Positions 36,201 through 51,200 of a stretch of DNA of 64,000 nucleotides are shown piece by piece. The position numbers and the translations under genes are program-made. Source of the DNA: Lytechinus pictus. Lineage: Eukaryota. Each line of letters starts with the position of its first letter. Within the stretch, counting starts at the first letter, position 1. The stretch covers positions 26,476,001 to 26,540,000 of the forward strand of contig NC_087251.1 of the NCBI RefSeq assembly GCF_037042905.1, read 5' to 3'. The notes beneath the pieces are model-generated. The model was not told where the DNA came from. It searched no databases and was given only the letters and a program-made list of their open reading frames with translations.

Positions 36201-39200
36201 TATGATTGTTCTAATTTGTTTAAAAGTAAAATTGGGTTACAAATATTAAATTCTACAATTGTACTCCTGCTACTGCAAAATCCCACTCCTGCCACTTACT
36301 CTGATCAAACATCCATGAGTCCATACTAAGAGCTGTATCATCCTGTTTACTGAGAATGGAGTGAATAAGAGGAAATACTCCAGCTTGCCAGAAGGAGTAG
36401 CAACCATCAACAAGTTTGTTTGTTCTTCCCTGAAAACCGCCTTCAAATCGCATCTGACGCATAGCAAGCCATCTCTGTCAAAAGAACATATACAGGATTG
36501 TTTAGACACCAAAATATTTATATATTTTCCTGACATTAGGGTAAAATAAAATTGGAATCATCTATTTGCTTTGTCATCAAATGGTACACTATGAACCCGT
36601 GAATAAAAATAAGGACAGAAAAGGGAGTTGTTCTAAAACCAAGTCTTAGAACAAATGCTAGCATGATTTTTGAATCATTAGTAACATCATATAATTATTC
36701 ATGTCAGGTGACTGATCACCTGATTGCAGGTGAGTGATCACCTGATTGAATGAGGAAATAATTTTGACTCACTAGTACATCCTGGGCATAATATAGTCCC
36801 TAATGTCAGGCAACTCATCTCCTGATGGAAAAGAATATAACTTTGACAGTTTGACTCTCTAGTAAACCCTGGACAAAGCATAATCTCTCATGTCAGGTGA
36901 CTGATCACCTGATGGACAATGATATAATTTTGAAGCCCTAATAAACCCTGGGGCCGTATTCTGAAAACTATCTTAAGAGAAATATTCTTGTATCTTAAGA
37001 GTTACAATAAAATCCATATTCTGAAAATTCTTGTATCTTTCGCTGAGCGCATATGATGTCAGAGCTAGAATTATGCGTACAGTTAAAAATGGCGCATAAA
37101 TATCCTTGTGCGCAAGATAACATATCGAGATAAAGGTATTCTGAAAATTCTCTTATCTTTGCGGTCTGTTAACTTTCTTGCAAAATACAGGAAAATTTAC
37201 AAGAGGTAGAGGGCTATTGTAACTTAATGTTGCATGAGATATTTGTCCGTCTGCAATAATATTTTCTTGCTGCATCCCGCAAGAACATCATGTTTTACAG
37301 AAGGAGACATTTCAAAGACATAACGACGGATTGGTAGACTTTTCAGCAATTAAAAATTGGTATTTGAGATGATGAATCTTTTCAAAGAAAATATGTCTAT
37401 GCGAACAACCACGTGTGTATTTTTTGCACAGAAGCGCACAAGCATAAGCATAGGGGGCGCAAGGAAATTACGCCTCATATCAACAATGCGCTTAATCATT
37501 TTTTAGAACAGACGCTTCTATTGGTTGGCCTAAGCATATAAAAAGTTTATTGATTGGTTGATGATGAAGTTGTGGGCGTGTCTGGGATAAAATAGGGGAT
37601 GTCCTTAATTTTCAGAATACCGATTTCAGACAATGCTGAGTTACAACAAAAGTTACAAGAATATTTAAGACAATTTTCAGAATACCACCCCTGGACCTAA
37701 CATAATCCCTCAAGTCATGTGACTGATCACCTGATGAAAAGAGATAATTTTGACTCACTAGTAAACCTTGGACATCACATAATCTCTCATGTCCTAATAG
37801 CACCAAGGCTGCTACACTGCAAAAGGTGTATCCTCCATGAGCTTCCATACCAGGCTGGCCAGCAAATCCTCCTTCATATGTCTGGCAACTGTTTCAAAGA
37901 TACAAGAGAATTATCTAATTAAGTTGGAAAATGAAAGTGAATCTTTATCTTTAAGTTTATTATAAGTATTGTTCTGAGCTCAACACCTCTGGCAGTTTTG
38001 CCTGCATTACGCGATTCAATATAGCAGCAGTGCTGACTTTGAAAACAGCTAAGAGGAATTCAGAGCTTCCAAGTCTCCCGGATCCTGCGGGAGAATACTG
38101 GATTGCGATCCAATCTCCCGTTCTCCCGACCCCATGCCAAAATCTCCCGGATAATCAGGATTTTTAGCTGTTAATTGTAAAATTCATACAAACGACTGTT
38201 TTACGAGTCTAGCATGTTCAACTCCCTAACACCCACGTGGAAACTCCTTATCACATTTTCATTTTACCCAGTAGCTTATACCAGTTTTTGTATAATCGTA
38301 CATTGATTTCCAATGTAAATGAAGATAATTTTACTGAACGACTGGTGAACTAGTCTAACAAGTCATTTATTTCCGGGTTTTGCAATGTGTACGACGGAAA
38401 CACTTCAGCGGCACTCCATGCACATGCTCCCCTGATGCTCCCCGGCGCAGCCGGCCCTGCCTGGCCTCCACGCGCGCGCCAGGAGAAGGGAAGTCCACGA
38501 GCGCTGCGAGGCGTTTTTCGTAAGCTTGTGTGCGCCTTATTCGAGCTGAAACTGTGGATCAATCATGGGATTAACAAGTGGATTACTTTCAGGAATAATT
38601 TTATTGACAATCCTTAAGAACAGAAGCAAAGTGGAGATTATTTCCCCTACTTTCACTTGGGTTGATCGGATTCGAACATTTTCTCTTTCGGGAGTGAGCT
38701 AGCCTGGCACTTGCTGGCTGAGCTGTGCCTGTGCGAAGCATGCCCTGTCCTGATTCATCCACACTACAATCGCATTGTCAGTGACCATGGAGATCATGGA
38801 GATGGAGTCATCCAAGACCAAGACGACAAAATACTTTTCGAAATATAAAGATAATTTTCAAGCGGAATGGGACTGTGTGACAATTTTCACAGGAATCCCT
38901 CAGAGACTTTAAACAGGCCACAAAGAGTTTATAAGTCTTTGCAGGGCCAGGCAAGCTCATTTACCATGTATGTTTACCACTACTGCAGCCCCTTCCCCCT
39001 CTGGACAATTAAAGGTATTTTCTTGTTGAATCCATTTTTTTATGAATTATCTAAAAAATCAAATGTTTTTTTTTTTCTTAATGTGTTTTTGCTCCCCGAA
39101 ACTCCCATCCGTGGGACAACGTTCCGCCGCTCCCTCACAAAACCATACCTCCGCGAAATCTACTGGATTCTATCTTCCCAATGTTGGCAGCTCTGGGAAT

Positions 39201-42200
39201 TATTATTCACAAAAAACACCATTTAGATAATAATGAAATACTAAGTTCATTGACCCTAAAATGACCTTTAACCTAAATTATATGATTATGTGACCTGACA
39301 CCTGTGCAAAATGTTCAGTGATACATGATTACCCCTATGTCCAAGTTTAATGCAATAAATCCATTTACTTTAAAAATTATAACATTTCAAATACTTCACG
39401 TTGGTTAAGATTTCAATGTTGATAAATTAATTGACCTTCCGTGACCTTTGACATTAATCATGTGACCTGAAACTTGTGTTACATGATTAGTGATACTTGA
39501 TTACCCCTAAGTCCAAGTTTCATGAAATAGGTCCATATATCGTCTATTAAAGTTATGATGAAATTTCAAAAACTTAATCTTGGTTAAGATTTCAATGTTG
39601 AAGACGTGGTCACAGCTTATGCAACAAAACTGTTTATTTTTAATTGGTCTAATGCCAAATCGTCCAATGAACCAACTCATCTACTATCATATGGTTTACC
39701 ATCAGTTCATTCACTATCCACATGGTCTTATTGCCATATTGTCCACTCACCATTTCATCTTATAACCAGTTGGTCTGATAGCCATTTCGTCCATATTATA
39801 CCATATGGTCTAATTGGTCTAAAGTGTTAATTGTGCAAAATGAATGAAAATAAAACATTAGACCAACTGGTTGTAAGACCAAGTGGTCATAGACTGGTGA
39901 TTACACAAAAATATGATTGGACCAAATGGTTGTTAGACGAAATGTTGGATGGAATTTCATTAGACTAAATGAAGGTAGACCATGTGGTGAGTGGACGAGT
40001 TGGCACTAGATGAATTGGCAATTTACCAACAAAACATAATTAGGACACACCTTCTAGGCTTCTAGTATGCTCAACTTCATTTGCGTATTCAATATTTGAA
40101 CTTCAATTGTTTTAACTATTCACAGGCAATCTGGATAGTAAATTTTTTTAAATGCAATCACAAGCACATTCTTGTAAAAATGTCACATAGACAATGTGGT
40201 ACACAATTGAGTCACTGTCAACTAAAGGGAAAAATGAAAACGAAAATGAAAATGGATTTTAATAGTTTTTATTGCTATTATTTAAGAAGCATAAGAATAA
40301 AATATGTCTGTGACAGTCTATCATTATTCTTCATTCATTATCATCACTATCATTTTGTATGTTGATCATTTTTCCAAATTAAAATTGCTCTGATAATAAC
40401 AAGACTCATGTCTGGGGCAGGGGGCCCATGTTAAGACTTTGGTAACTTTGCCAATGTGACTACTACCATGGATACAATAATTCAATTAGCTGCTGAACCC
40501 TGCTACCATGTTAGTTACCGTAATTGTAAGTCTTTATGGAAAAGACCCAGAATTTTGAATTCCCCAGTAGGCCTAATCTCTAGAAGTTCATCTTCTGTTG
40601 TTCATCCTGAAAATACTGTTACATATGCATTTTCTACACACTAGACCAATTCTTTTGAACTTTCTATTCTTGGATACCATACCTGACGATCCATTCTGGT
40701 GTGCCATCAAACATGTCAGGAGTTGCTACATTTGTAAGAAGAGCAGATACTGCTGCACAATAAGCTCCTCTGGAGGGGTAATAAAGTTGAATGAATGACA
40801 AAAAAATAAAAGAAAAAGTTTAGAGATACCAAACCAATATTTATCTTACTATTGTTGCCCCAATACTGAATAACAAGTTTGGAGCAAAGAGGACATGAAG
40901 TCACATACTTTGGCACAATGTTTTAATAGCACTAATCCATACAGATTTGTTAAATATACAATTAATACAAAAAATTGTCTAGTTTTCTTTTTCTACTATT
41001 TCAAGTTCTACCGTAAATCACCAGCACTGTTGTCTTACTTTCTCAAAATCTGTCTCTCCATCACCCTATTCTTCTCTGATCCTCCATTTGTTCATGCTCC
41101 TCTTTAAATCCTTTTGTATATTTTATCATCTCTATAACCAAATTCTTCTTCTACTCGATTATCCTCATCTTCCTCTCTTATTCTTCTTCCTCTTTCCATT
41201 CTTCTTGTTAATATATCCTATTTTGTCTTCCTCTTCTTCTGCTCCTCTTCTTTCTTCTTCTATCACCATATTTTTATTCTTCTACTCAATTATCCTCATC
41301 TTCCTCTTTCCATTCTTCTTGTTAATATCTCCTATTTTTGTCTTCCTCTTCTTCTACTCCTCTTCTTTCTTCTATCACCATATTCTTCTTCTTCTACTCA
41401 ATTATCCTCATCTTCCTCTCTTATTCTCCTTCCTCTTTCCATTCTTCTTGTTATTTTTGTCTTCCTCTTCTTCTGCTCCTCTTTCTTTCTTCTTCCTTGT
41501 TCTATCCCCTATTAGCTCCACCTCATCCTTCTCTTCCCCCTTCCTATCTTTGTCTTCAGCTCCCTTCTTTAAGACCATTCCCATGTCTTCCTTTCTCTTA
41601 TAATCTCATCTAAAGTACTATCACTTCTCTAAACCTGTCCATATTTGCATTTGATGTGATTTACTTGTTGGGTGAAGACTCTAAATACATTTACTTCACA
41701 AGTCCCTTCAATGGAAACTTGGTAACAAAAAGCACAATCCTAATAAGAATCCAAACCAAACACCGTGCAACCCATTCTATACAATCCATTAAATTCAGAC
41801 AGCACTAAATTTACAATACACACCAGGTGGATCACCAATTGAAATTGTACTTGTGAAGCTTATCATGCACAAAATATTGCTCTTTTTCCAAATAAAATCA
41901 TTCAACTGTGGAAAAGTGCATGTAGTAATTGTCGAACTTCACTAGTTCATAACGATCAGTAGTTTGTGACTTCCACTATTAGACTAAACTGAAGAATTCC
42001 ATACTACCGTACTACATATAGTGGAAAGTGACAACCTTTAAACAATATGGTGGTCAAACTTAGGGCAAATACTTGAATGAAAACACAGTGAATATTTACC
42101 AGTTGGCAAAGAATATATTTTTTGCTGACTTAAAAAAAAAAATTTAAGGATGAAATAAAAATAGTGGCACTTCAGTCTTGAAATTAATGATATGAATACT

Positions 42201-45200
42201 CAAAATGTATGTAAGCTCTTATAATTTGAGTGGTATAACATGTGTTCTAATGTACATGCAGGCTAAGCAATCAATTTTCAAATCTGGATCAACAATGTTC
42301 ATATGAACATAGCCTAAAATTGGAAAATCCCTATTGAGCATAAGGGGCCTTTTCAAATGTGAATCTTGAATCATAATTGTAATGATTGCAATTTTTCTTT
42401 AGAATCATCGGACCTTTCACATGAAAAAAATTTGTACCGTAATTTGAGTGAAACCTAACTGGAATTCACTTCCAGAGTAGAATTTGAATTTGTGATTAGT
42501 GTTCACAATTCTAGTTTGGTTTCACACGTGCTAAAAATTCGTCATTACTAACATTAGCCTCACTTTTCACTGGAATCATTCAAATTATGATTTTTTTTTT
42601 ACCGTGTGAAAGGGCAGTACATAACTTTGGCTATTCTAATATACTTTCAGATGCTACATATGAACATAGCCTAGAATTGTAAGAAGCCTCAAGAGTTCTA
42701 CTGAGCAAAGAGCATGTCTATGGCTTCAGGCATAGCTGGATGACTGAAGATGAAAAGGATGACAAGCTACTGCAGGAGGTCTAGCTTCAATGGAAAGCAG
42801 GACCCCAGCAGCGGTGACAACACCATTCATACCAAGCCATGCAGGAAACACAGAGTATTGTTGGTAACCAAGGAATGTACATATTCCATGCATCACCGGT
42901 CATTTGATTGGCGACGTGTACTGTCGCAGGTGAACTGCTGATATTATCTTCAGCAGTAATTACCATCCTTGCAAACATTTGAGTTGAGATCTTAACTTGA
43001 AAAAAACTTGAATTACAAATTGTGTTACCCAAATCAAATGTAGTGATAGTTACAGAAAATGGTTGCCATGTTCTGCAGATGCTACACTAGAGGAGTCAAA
43101 AGAAACCAGCAAAAACTAGATGTTCATGGAATCAAACAAGAATGTAAGTTCAATTTTTTTTTAAAGATATAGTGCCACAAAGTTTATGCTCATTACCTTT
43201 ACTTCATTTTACACCAGCAGTAGAATATATGCAAGTATTGAATTTTCTTTCCAAAACAAAACATAAAATTGCTCACTCTAATAATGCATGATTGTTAGTG
43301 AAATTACCACTTTGAATATGCATGGTAGGATTGTAGATCATAGAATCAGAATATACATTTGAAGTCATATGTAAATGCAAAGAAAAGAATTATCAGAGAT
43401 TATCACCTAATCATTGATTTTCTTTATCCATTGATTCTAGGCTTCATCAATTAAACAAGCTTCAATCGCATGCCCCATGTGATTTGATATCAATCAACTG
43501 AACGTTAAAGGTCTTTCCATGGCGAGTTCAAGATGAGACCAGTCATGATTCTACCTTCACTCAATACCATGGACAAGCCTGGGGTACAGGCAGCCTCAAC
43601 CTCCGATGTCAGGAAACTGGCTAATCGCTGCTGGAGCACCAACCCCCAAACCAAGACACTCTCTGAGCCTGTACAAAGATCAGGCCAGCAGGGGAGCAGA
43701 CCAACTAGCATACGTTCCCTACCTATACTACCATCCCAGAAGACATTTAACCATCATGTTACTGTACCACCTAGAACACCTAATCAAGATAGACAAAGCC
43801 AAAGGGGTCTTAGAGATTCTCACATGGAACCTTTCCCTGCCATCCAAAGTCAGTGCAGGACAGCATCACGACAAAGTAGCCTCTCTTTACCCAGGAGTGA
43901 TGTAAGCAGAGGAAGTAAAAGAAAGAGAAGGAAGCCTTTGAAGAGATACAGGGAAGTCTTTGTATGGGACCACAGAACTAGAACTTGCTCAGAACCCGGA
44001 ATGAAAATTGCAAATGGAACTCTTCCTTCTGTCGGAACAGAAAATCCATTGATGTTGGCCACAGACAATCAGGCACGCACTTTATACACTCCAACAGGTA
44101 ATATCTTAAAATTCATTTCATTTCAGATAAGTCAGTTGCAACAAGCTAAGATGTCATGAAAAAATATAAAATGCACTAGCGTAACTGTCTTTATGAAATG
44201 TTTAATCCTGAGGCCTTTTTCATATAGCATAAAATGATAGAGTACCAAAATGTTAACCAAACAGTTTTACTGGCATGTCATTAAAGTACAGTCTATGTAT
44301 GACTGTATTTAAGAGTTTTCATTTAAATTTTGAATTGCAACAAACAAATTCAATCTTTGCTTCATCTATAATTCAGTCAAAAAAAAGAATTCTGCGGGAC
44401 AATGAGATAAGGGGCCTGTTCAGGATAGAAATATACTTGAAAGCAACTTAAAAAAAATCAAGCATACAATGTATTAAAGTTGACTTCAATCCAATCAGAC
44501 ATTGGACATGTTTTACTTTTTAATCATGTTCAATAGCAACCCTTCTGGCAATGGGTCACAGGAAAAGACGCATTTTCATCAATTTTACTACCGGTAGATC
44601 AACATTAATAAAGCCATATGTAAATTTCAAATTTCAAAAGAATATGATCCAGAACGATTAACGAGCAGATGATGATAAATAGACCCCAGAATATAACATT
44701 TTTTCTAAAGCAAATCTTTCACAATTCTTTGAAATTCTTTCCTCCTTGTTTTCTATTCAACAGGACAAGCAAGACAGAAAAGGAAGCAAAGGGCACAAGG
44801 TCTCCTGGGAATGTTAGAGAGGCCACTGAAACTTGATCAGCTTTGCAAGACCCCTGTCCCAAATACAGCATGGACCAGCGAGAGCACCGACGATTCACCC
44901 TTCCCATCCAAGACAATCGTTCTTCCACCTATAGGTCAATATAATGAGGAACCAGGAGGGGAAGAAGGGTTGAAAGGTTTGAGCCAGAAAAACATGACTG
45001 AACAAATGCACAAGAAATCAGTGAAGAAGATGGATAAGGGAATAAAGAGCTTGAAGTCCAGGAAGAAGATGGGGAAGGAAAAGTTGAAGCTGAAGGATGT
45101 TGAAGTGCAGCATCAAGGTACAGGAAATGGTTCTGAGCATGATAGTGATGGGTACACTCAAGAAGACCTTGAGGACACTAGTGGGTCTGATTCTGATCAT

Positions 45201-48200
45201 GATGGTGATGACGGCAACAGTGACATGGGATGGACAGATGACGACTACGATGATGATGATGAGAGTGGGGGATTTCTCATAGCTAGTCGAATAAATTCAC
45301 AAATGAGAAAATCAGCTTGCTCTACTAGTCAATTTTCAAGAGCTTCTGGATTTACAATGAACTCTGTAGAAATAAAGAGATCTGGAGATAATAGTGATGA
45401 ATATGATGGTGAGAATGATGAGGATGATGATGAAAACAGTAATGATGGTGCTGATGATAATGAAGACAGTATTGATGGATCACAGGTAGAGAACAATTCA
45501 ACTGATCAAGATGACGATGATGATGATAATGAAGATGACGATGAGGATGAAGAAATGGAAGACAATAATAGCAAAGATGACAACAGTTCTGATGCAGCCC
45601 AAGAAGACGATGATCTGCTCAGCCATATGGATATTGAGGATATTGATAATGACACAATAAAAGATTCTGACGATGAAGAGGATGAAGACATGTTCGTCAG
45701 AGTCAGTGACTATGGTGACAGTGAAGATGAAATTGAAGAAGAAAATACCACTGCTGCAGGTGACACTGCAACTGAAAATTTTGAATCTGAAATGGAGGGT
45801 GATGACAATGAAGGTGATGATATTAGTGATGATGATGACGATGATGATAATGATGATGATAATAATGATAATGTTGATGATAAATGATAACAAACCTGGT
45901 AACATTGTGTCTCATTCTTAAAATATGAATAACAACACATTGCCAATCCAAATTGAAATGATTTTAATGGAAATTGTTAATGTTTCAAGTTTTCAAATGT
46001 TAAGAAAGTATATTATTGCTGCTCTCAATCAGATTATCATTGCACAATCTATTCAGCAAACAAAGAGCCTGTAAAAATCTGCAAAATATTTCAATTAAAA
46101 GTTTAGGTAATCATTTTGTCTTTGCTTTCTTTTCTTTTGCAAAAGTTGTGAATTTATTGCTCTTTTGTAAATTAGTGAAGACATATGTTATGTCAGTTCC
46201 CCGTCTATATGATCTTTAATCTATTCTTGTCTTTACTTTTTGTTGTTTTGTTGTTTGCTGCTTGTGATTTACTATTGTTTGTGTACATGTACATTTGTAC
46301 TATACCATCTTTGTTGCTGTTGTTTAATTGTTTGTTTTTCCATGACCCTAAAAGGCATAAATATGTTTTGTTAAGAAAAATGGCAAGAACGGGATTGAAC
46401 ATGGCTCTCATAATGATCAAACACAGTATGTATGAAGGATAGCACATTGCAAATGTAATGTCAATAAAGTATATTGAACCAAGAATGCTAAAAAAGAGAA
46501 ATATTTGTCAATTTTTATTGGATAACTATTGTATAATATGAACTTTTCAAAGACCTGTGCCAGTTCAAGAATACTGTGAAAACATGAAGTGAATTCATCT
46601 GATATTAATTTGTCTTCCAATATAACTGATCTAACAACAACTGCATAAAAGTAAAATTTTTAAACAAAATAAAAACTAACAGAATGTTATTTGAAAAAGG
46701 GGAAAGGGGACAGGTACTTATGAGTTAAAAAAGAAAAGAAGAAACCGTTATGCTTCTTTTTTAGACCATCATACGTTTTAAATCATACACATGGTCCTTT
46801 CTTTATATCGTAATACTTCATGATTACTATACAGGGCTCCGTAACACAAAGGTTAGTGACTAATCGCTTAATGAACTGACCTATCAAGACCTTTGTTGCA
46901 TGCGCAATTTGCTCAGTTGACTGACTAGGAACCAATCAGAATCGTTCTTTCAAATTTAAAGATTAATCGCAAATCTTTGTCTGCTTAACATTGGTTTCTT
47001 CAGTGTATTTGAAATCTACATGTACAGTATATGTTTTGTATAAAACATTTGGAAAATTAAAATGCTATGCAATGAATTTTAGAAACTTAGGTAGCTATAT
47101 CAGTAGCAGTTTATTCCACTTTTATTGTTGAACACCTACGAATACTGCACATAGAGCCCTGTTGCCCTTACCACATGTTAAGGACGTTGCACAGTTAAAG
47201 TGAAATCCATGTCATTTTCACCAAACTTTGCACATAGATACTTAAGAACCTTAATATTCGAAATATGCAAAAATTAACATAGGTCCATGTGCTTGATTTT
47301 TTGCTATAGAGCTTCAAAGTTCACCCAAATTGATGTTCTTAATAATTGCGCATTCAAAAGAATTTGGCATTTTTAGACCGCCCAAGATTACTACAATGAG
47401 TTTAAACCTCTATTACTCAGTCAAAATACATGAAAAAGTCATCAAATTTGGCGAGATAGTTAATAATTGTATCGTTAGAATGGAGAATTTATTTATAGTG
47501 CTATTTATTTGCAATTTTAAGTTTAACAGCACTGTCAGTTCTTAAAAATGTCGTAAAAGATAACAAAATCCAAATCTAAAAAATGTAAAATTTCAGCCAC
47601 AAACTACAAACGTACAATAAATGCTGCACTTTATTCAAAATCCATGTCATTTTCACCAAAATTTGCAGAGTTGTAGAGGAGGGTATACCTAAAAGGTACA
47701 AACATTAAAAAATAGGGGTTCATGTGCTTGTTTTTAAACTATCAGCATTTTTATTAGAGCAAATGTGCTTTTTAAAACACCAAAAATGCGCCGAATGCCT
47801 TGTATCTATGTGAAGAAAAAATCAAAACCACTCTACCATTTATTCAAACTCGGGGTAATATTCGTGATTCTTGGCAGCACTGCAGAGTAAAGTATTTGGA
47901 AATTGTTGAGATTTTTTTTGAATGGTCCATGGAATAATTAATTTTTTTAGCTTCATGAAATAACGCATCGGATCTGCAGTTTAAGTGCAGAAGATGAGAA
48001 AAATCAGCTCGTACCCGCAGCTAATTAATCACCTGTTCATCCATTGTGACGTCAGCGCGCAGAGTGTAAACTATGCGCAGATCATAATGCGCACAAACAT
48101 AACTGTGGAACGTCCTTAAGTGGGAACAATTATATGAAATGGTGGGAATCTTGGCAAATCAACCTGCTTCTTCCAAATTATAAGACGGATACACATGTGC

Positions 48201-51200
48201 GATTGCTTGTAAATTAAGCAGATTAATGGGAGGTGATGAGATGATGATGTGGATGATGATAATGTGGATGATGACGATGATAATGATGTGGATGATGATG
48301 ATGGTGATGTGGATGGTAAGGAGAATGTTGATAGAGATCATGATGATAATGATGAGGACGACAATGATAATGATGACGAGTGATGATGATAACCATGATA
48401 GAAATAGATAGAGAGAGACAGAGAGGTGGGTATGAGAGTTAAAAGAATAAAGATATTCATCCTCAACTAATTGAATGAAAAAGGTTTCCCCAAAGATATA
48501 GGTCATCAAATTATCAAAAAGGCATACCAGGTAACAAGATAAAGAGAGAGAGATATCTGAGAATAAGACACAAAAGATACAGTTGTGCTCAAAAGTTAAA
48601 GAAACCCAACATAAAATGTACTCCATCATGCTGACTGTTGAATGTAGACAACAACACTACAATGTTCGGCGAGCCCAGAAAAACAAACATTATTGAATGT
48701 AATATTTTATCACCTGACTTCCCAATTAAATACTAAAACATGCTTGGCAGAACTTGAACACTTTAGATATGTTCATTTTCTTGTAGGGTTCACTAACTTT
48801 TGAGCACCACTGTATACATGTTTTAAAAATTTGTTAACAAAAGAAAAGAGTGATTTAGTAAAAAGAAATGTAATAGTATGTATTCAAGTGGGCATGGTAG
48901 ATTATGGTTTACTTTATGCAGATTTCATGAAGTATTCTTGATTTCAAATATATTCAGAAAAATCCACTAACAAATGTGCATTTTGTTTAAATGCCACTGC
49001 CCACTACATTCATCCTATATATTCTGGTTTTTAGTCAGAGCCGAGAGGTACAAGCATTAATCATGAAATGTGGTCTTGACCATAGCAGTTAGCTAGAATC
49101 GAGCACCATTTTGCTAAGAAACATATCAATTTTTACCCTTATTGTGATGTCACTCATTAATGTTAATCCTGAGATTAGTCAACCACAGAGTGCTCAACAC
49201 CATGCATTAATCACCAGGGGTGGTCTTCTGGAACACTGTCATAAATTTTGTCATTTCAAATCGGTATTCTAAGTTTACGCCCATCTTTTTGGAGGCAAAC
49301 CGATCAAAATCACTGTTAGTTCTGAGTTGGAGCCCTTCTAACCAATAGTAAGGCCTGGGGAATGTGGGGCGCATCCTCAATACAGTAGCTGGCATCGCAT
49401 GACTTCGCGTATATTGGTGCGCTTGATTATAAAGATAGATAGAGAGCTGAGAATAATTTTTTGAAGAGAGACTAAAAAGAAAAAGAAAAAGAGAGAAAAA
49501 GGAGGAGTTAATATGTAGGGCCTAATTACTTGTAGCATGAAAAAATATATTTGAAATTAGACATGGATAATGAGTGAAATTAATACAACAATCTAATCTA
49601 AATAATGTATGATTGACATATAGTTGGCATGGTATTGAGATATTATGGTACTAAAAGAAACGACAACATTTATGACAGCTAAACCCTGTCATATATTTTA
49701 CCTTTTTTTTTTGGGGGGGGGGGGATAATGCGCATTTATGGACCGCATATTTTTTGTGCACGCTAGAGAGAAGAGACAATAATTTGTGACAATTTTATTA
49801 CAAAATTAATAACATCCACCAGAATACTGATTCTGTCTTATCTCTGATGAAAGACAATGTTCAGAATACAGTCCCAGGTTTCTCTTTCAAGGTGATTAAA
49901 AACCTCAATTAAACACTAGCTTCCTAAGATCTCACTGCTACTTCTACAGTTTAATTCTTATTCTTTCCTGCACTCGAAATTCATCATTCAGTTCAAAATC
50001 TATTTGATAAATCAATTCTCACTCATAACTCACAAAACTGCATACACAGTTTAACACTGTCACTACCAAAAGTTCATATACTATCTAGGAAAAAACAAAC
50101 AAACTGTGAACCCACAAAGAAAAGTAGGCTTGTCATTGTAATGAAAATTGGTGGCATGTGTAATGTGAAATACAATAGCTGTTGGACTCTTCTAATGTGT
50201 GCAATGAATAAATCTATTTTACACAATAAAATTGACCCCCCCCAAAAAAAAAAATATGATAAAATAAACATGTGAAAGATAGTGTACCTACCTGACATCC
50301 ACTTCTCCAGAACTATGCATAAGGAAAGCACCCTCTGGTGTTTTCATTCTCAGGAGGTAAGATTGAAGCTTTGGTCTGTTGAATATAAAAAAGCATGCAT
50401 TGTACACATCAAAATCAATTTAGACAAAATCAAATATCGTGGATAAAATGAACAAAAGGAGAGCATTTCATGAAACATTTCATAACACTTGACACTGAAC
50501 TTAGAAAATATTCAAATTTGTCATTATTGTTTTTAGAATTGTTCACAGAGCACTATTCTCATATCTAGAACTAACTAGAAATATCACTGAAGGTGATGAA
50601 TACCCCCACCCTATACTGTTACCAGGGCAACACAGTTTTCAAGACATTTAGAAAATGAATCTTGCATGTCTTTACCCAAGATGAATGTTTGTGCCAAATT
50701 GCATGGGCAATGGTAAGAAACTGAGGAAGTAGATCAATCAGCAATAAGTTTTCCTGGTTTTTTGGCAATAACATGCAGTTACCATGGCAATGCAATTTCC
50801 AACCCATTTGGAAAAGGGAAATGCATGTTTTTACTCAAAGACTAATGTTGGTGAAAACTTTCAAGAGCACTTGCCAAAAAACTGGAGAAGTAGTTTGATC
50901 CGCAATGAGTTTTCCTGGGTTTTGGGCCATAATATGCAGGGCAGCACAATTTCTGACAAATGCGAAAAATATGTCTTGCACATTAGCTCAAGATCTATGT
51001 GTGCTAAATTTCATGAGCATAGGTCATAAAATGGACAAGTAGTTCAATCTGCAAGATGTCCATACATTAATTGTTATAATATGCTGTAACTTTGGCAATG
51101 TAGTTTCCAAATCATGGCAAAATATGTCTTGCCTATCATTACTTCAAGACCAATATATGTGTACCATATTTCATTATAATTTGTTAAAAATAGAAGAAGT

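Noticed and set aside
38350..38617. GC-rich ORFs as an exon or CpG island
   Set aside because: Lies inside the TSD-flanked 38061-39195 transposon; no homology or splice-phase fit.
41088..41613. Hydrophobic or Ser-rich ORFs (also 45498-45946 minus, 48159-48629, 60523-61191, 62455-62906)
   Set aside because: Translations of microsatellite/low-complexity DNA, or the antisense shadow of the acidic exon.
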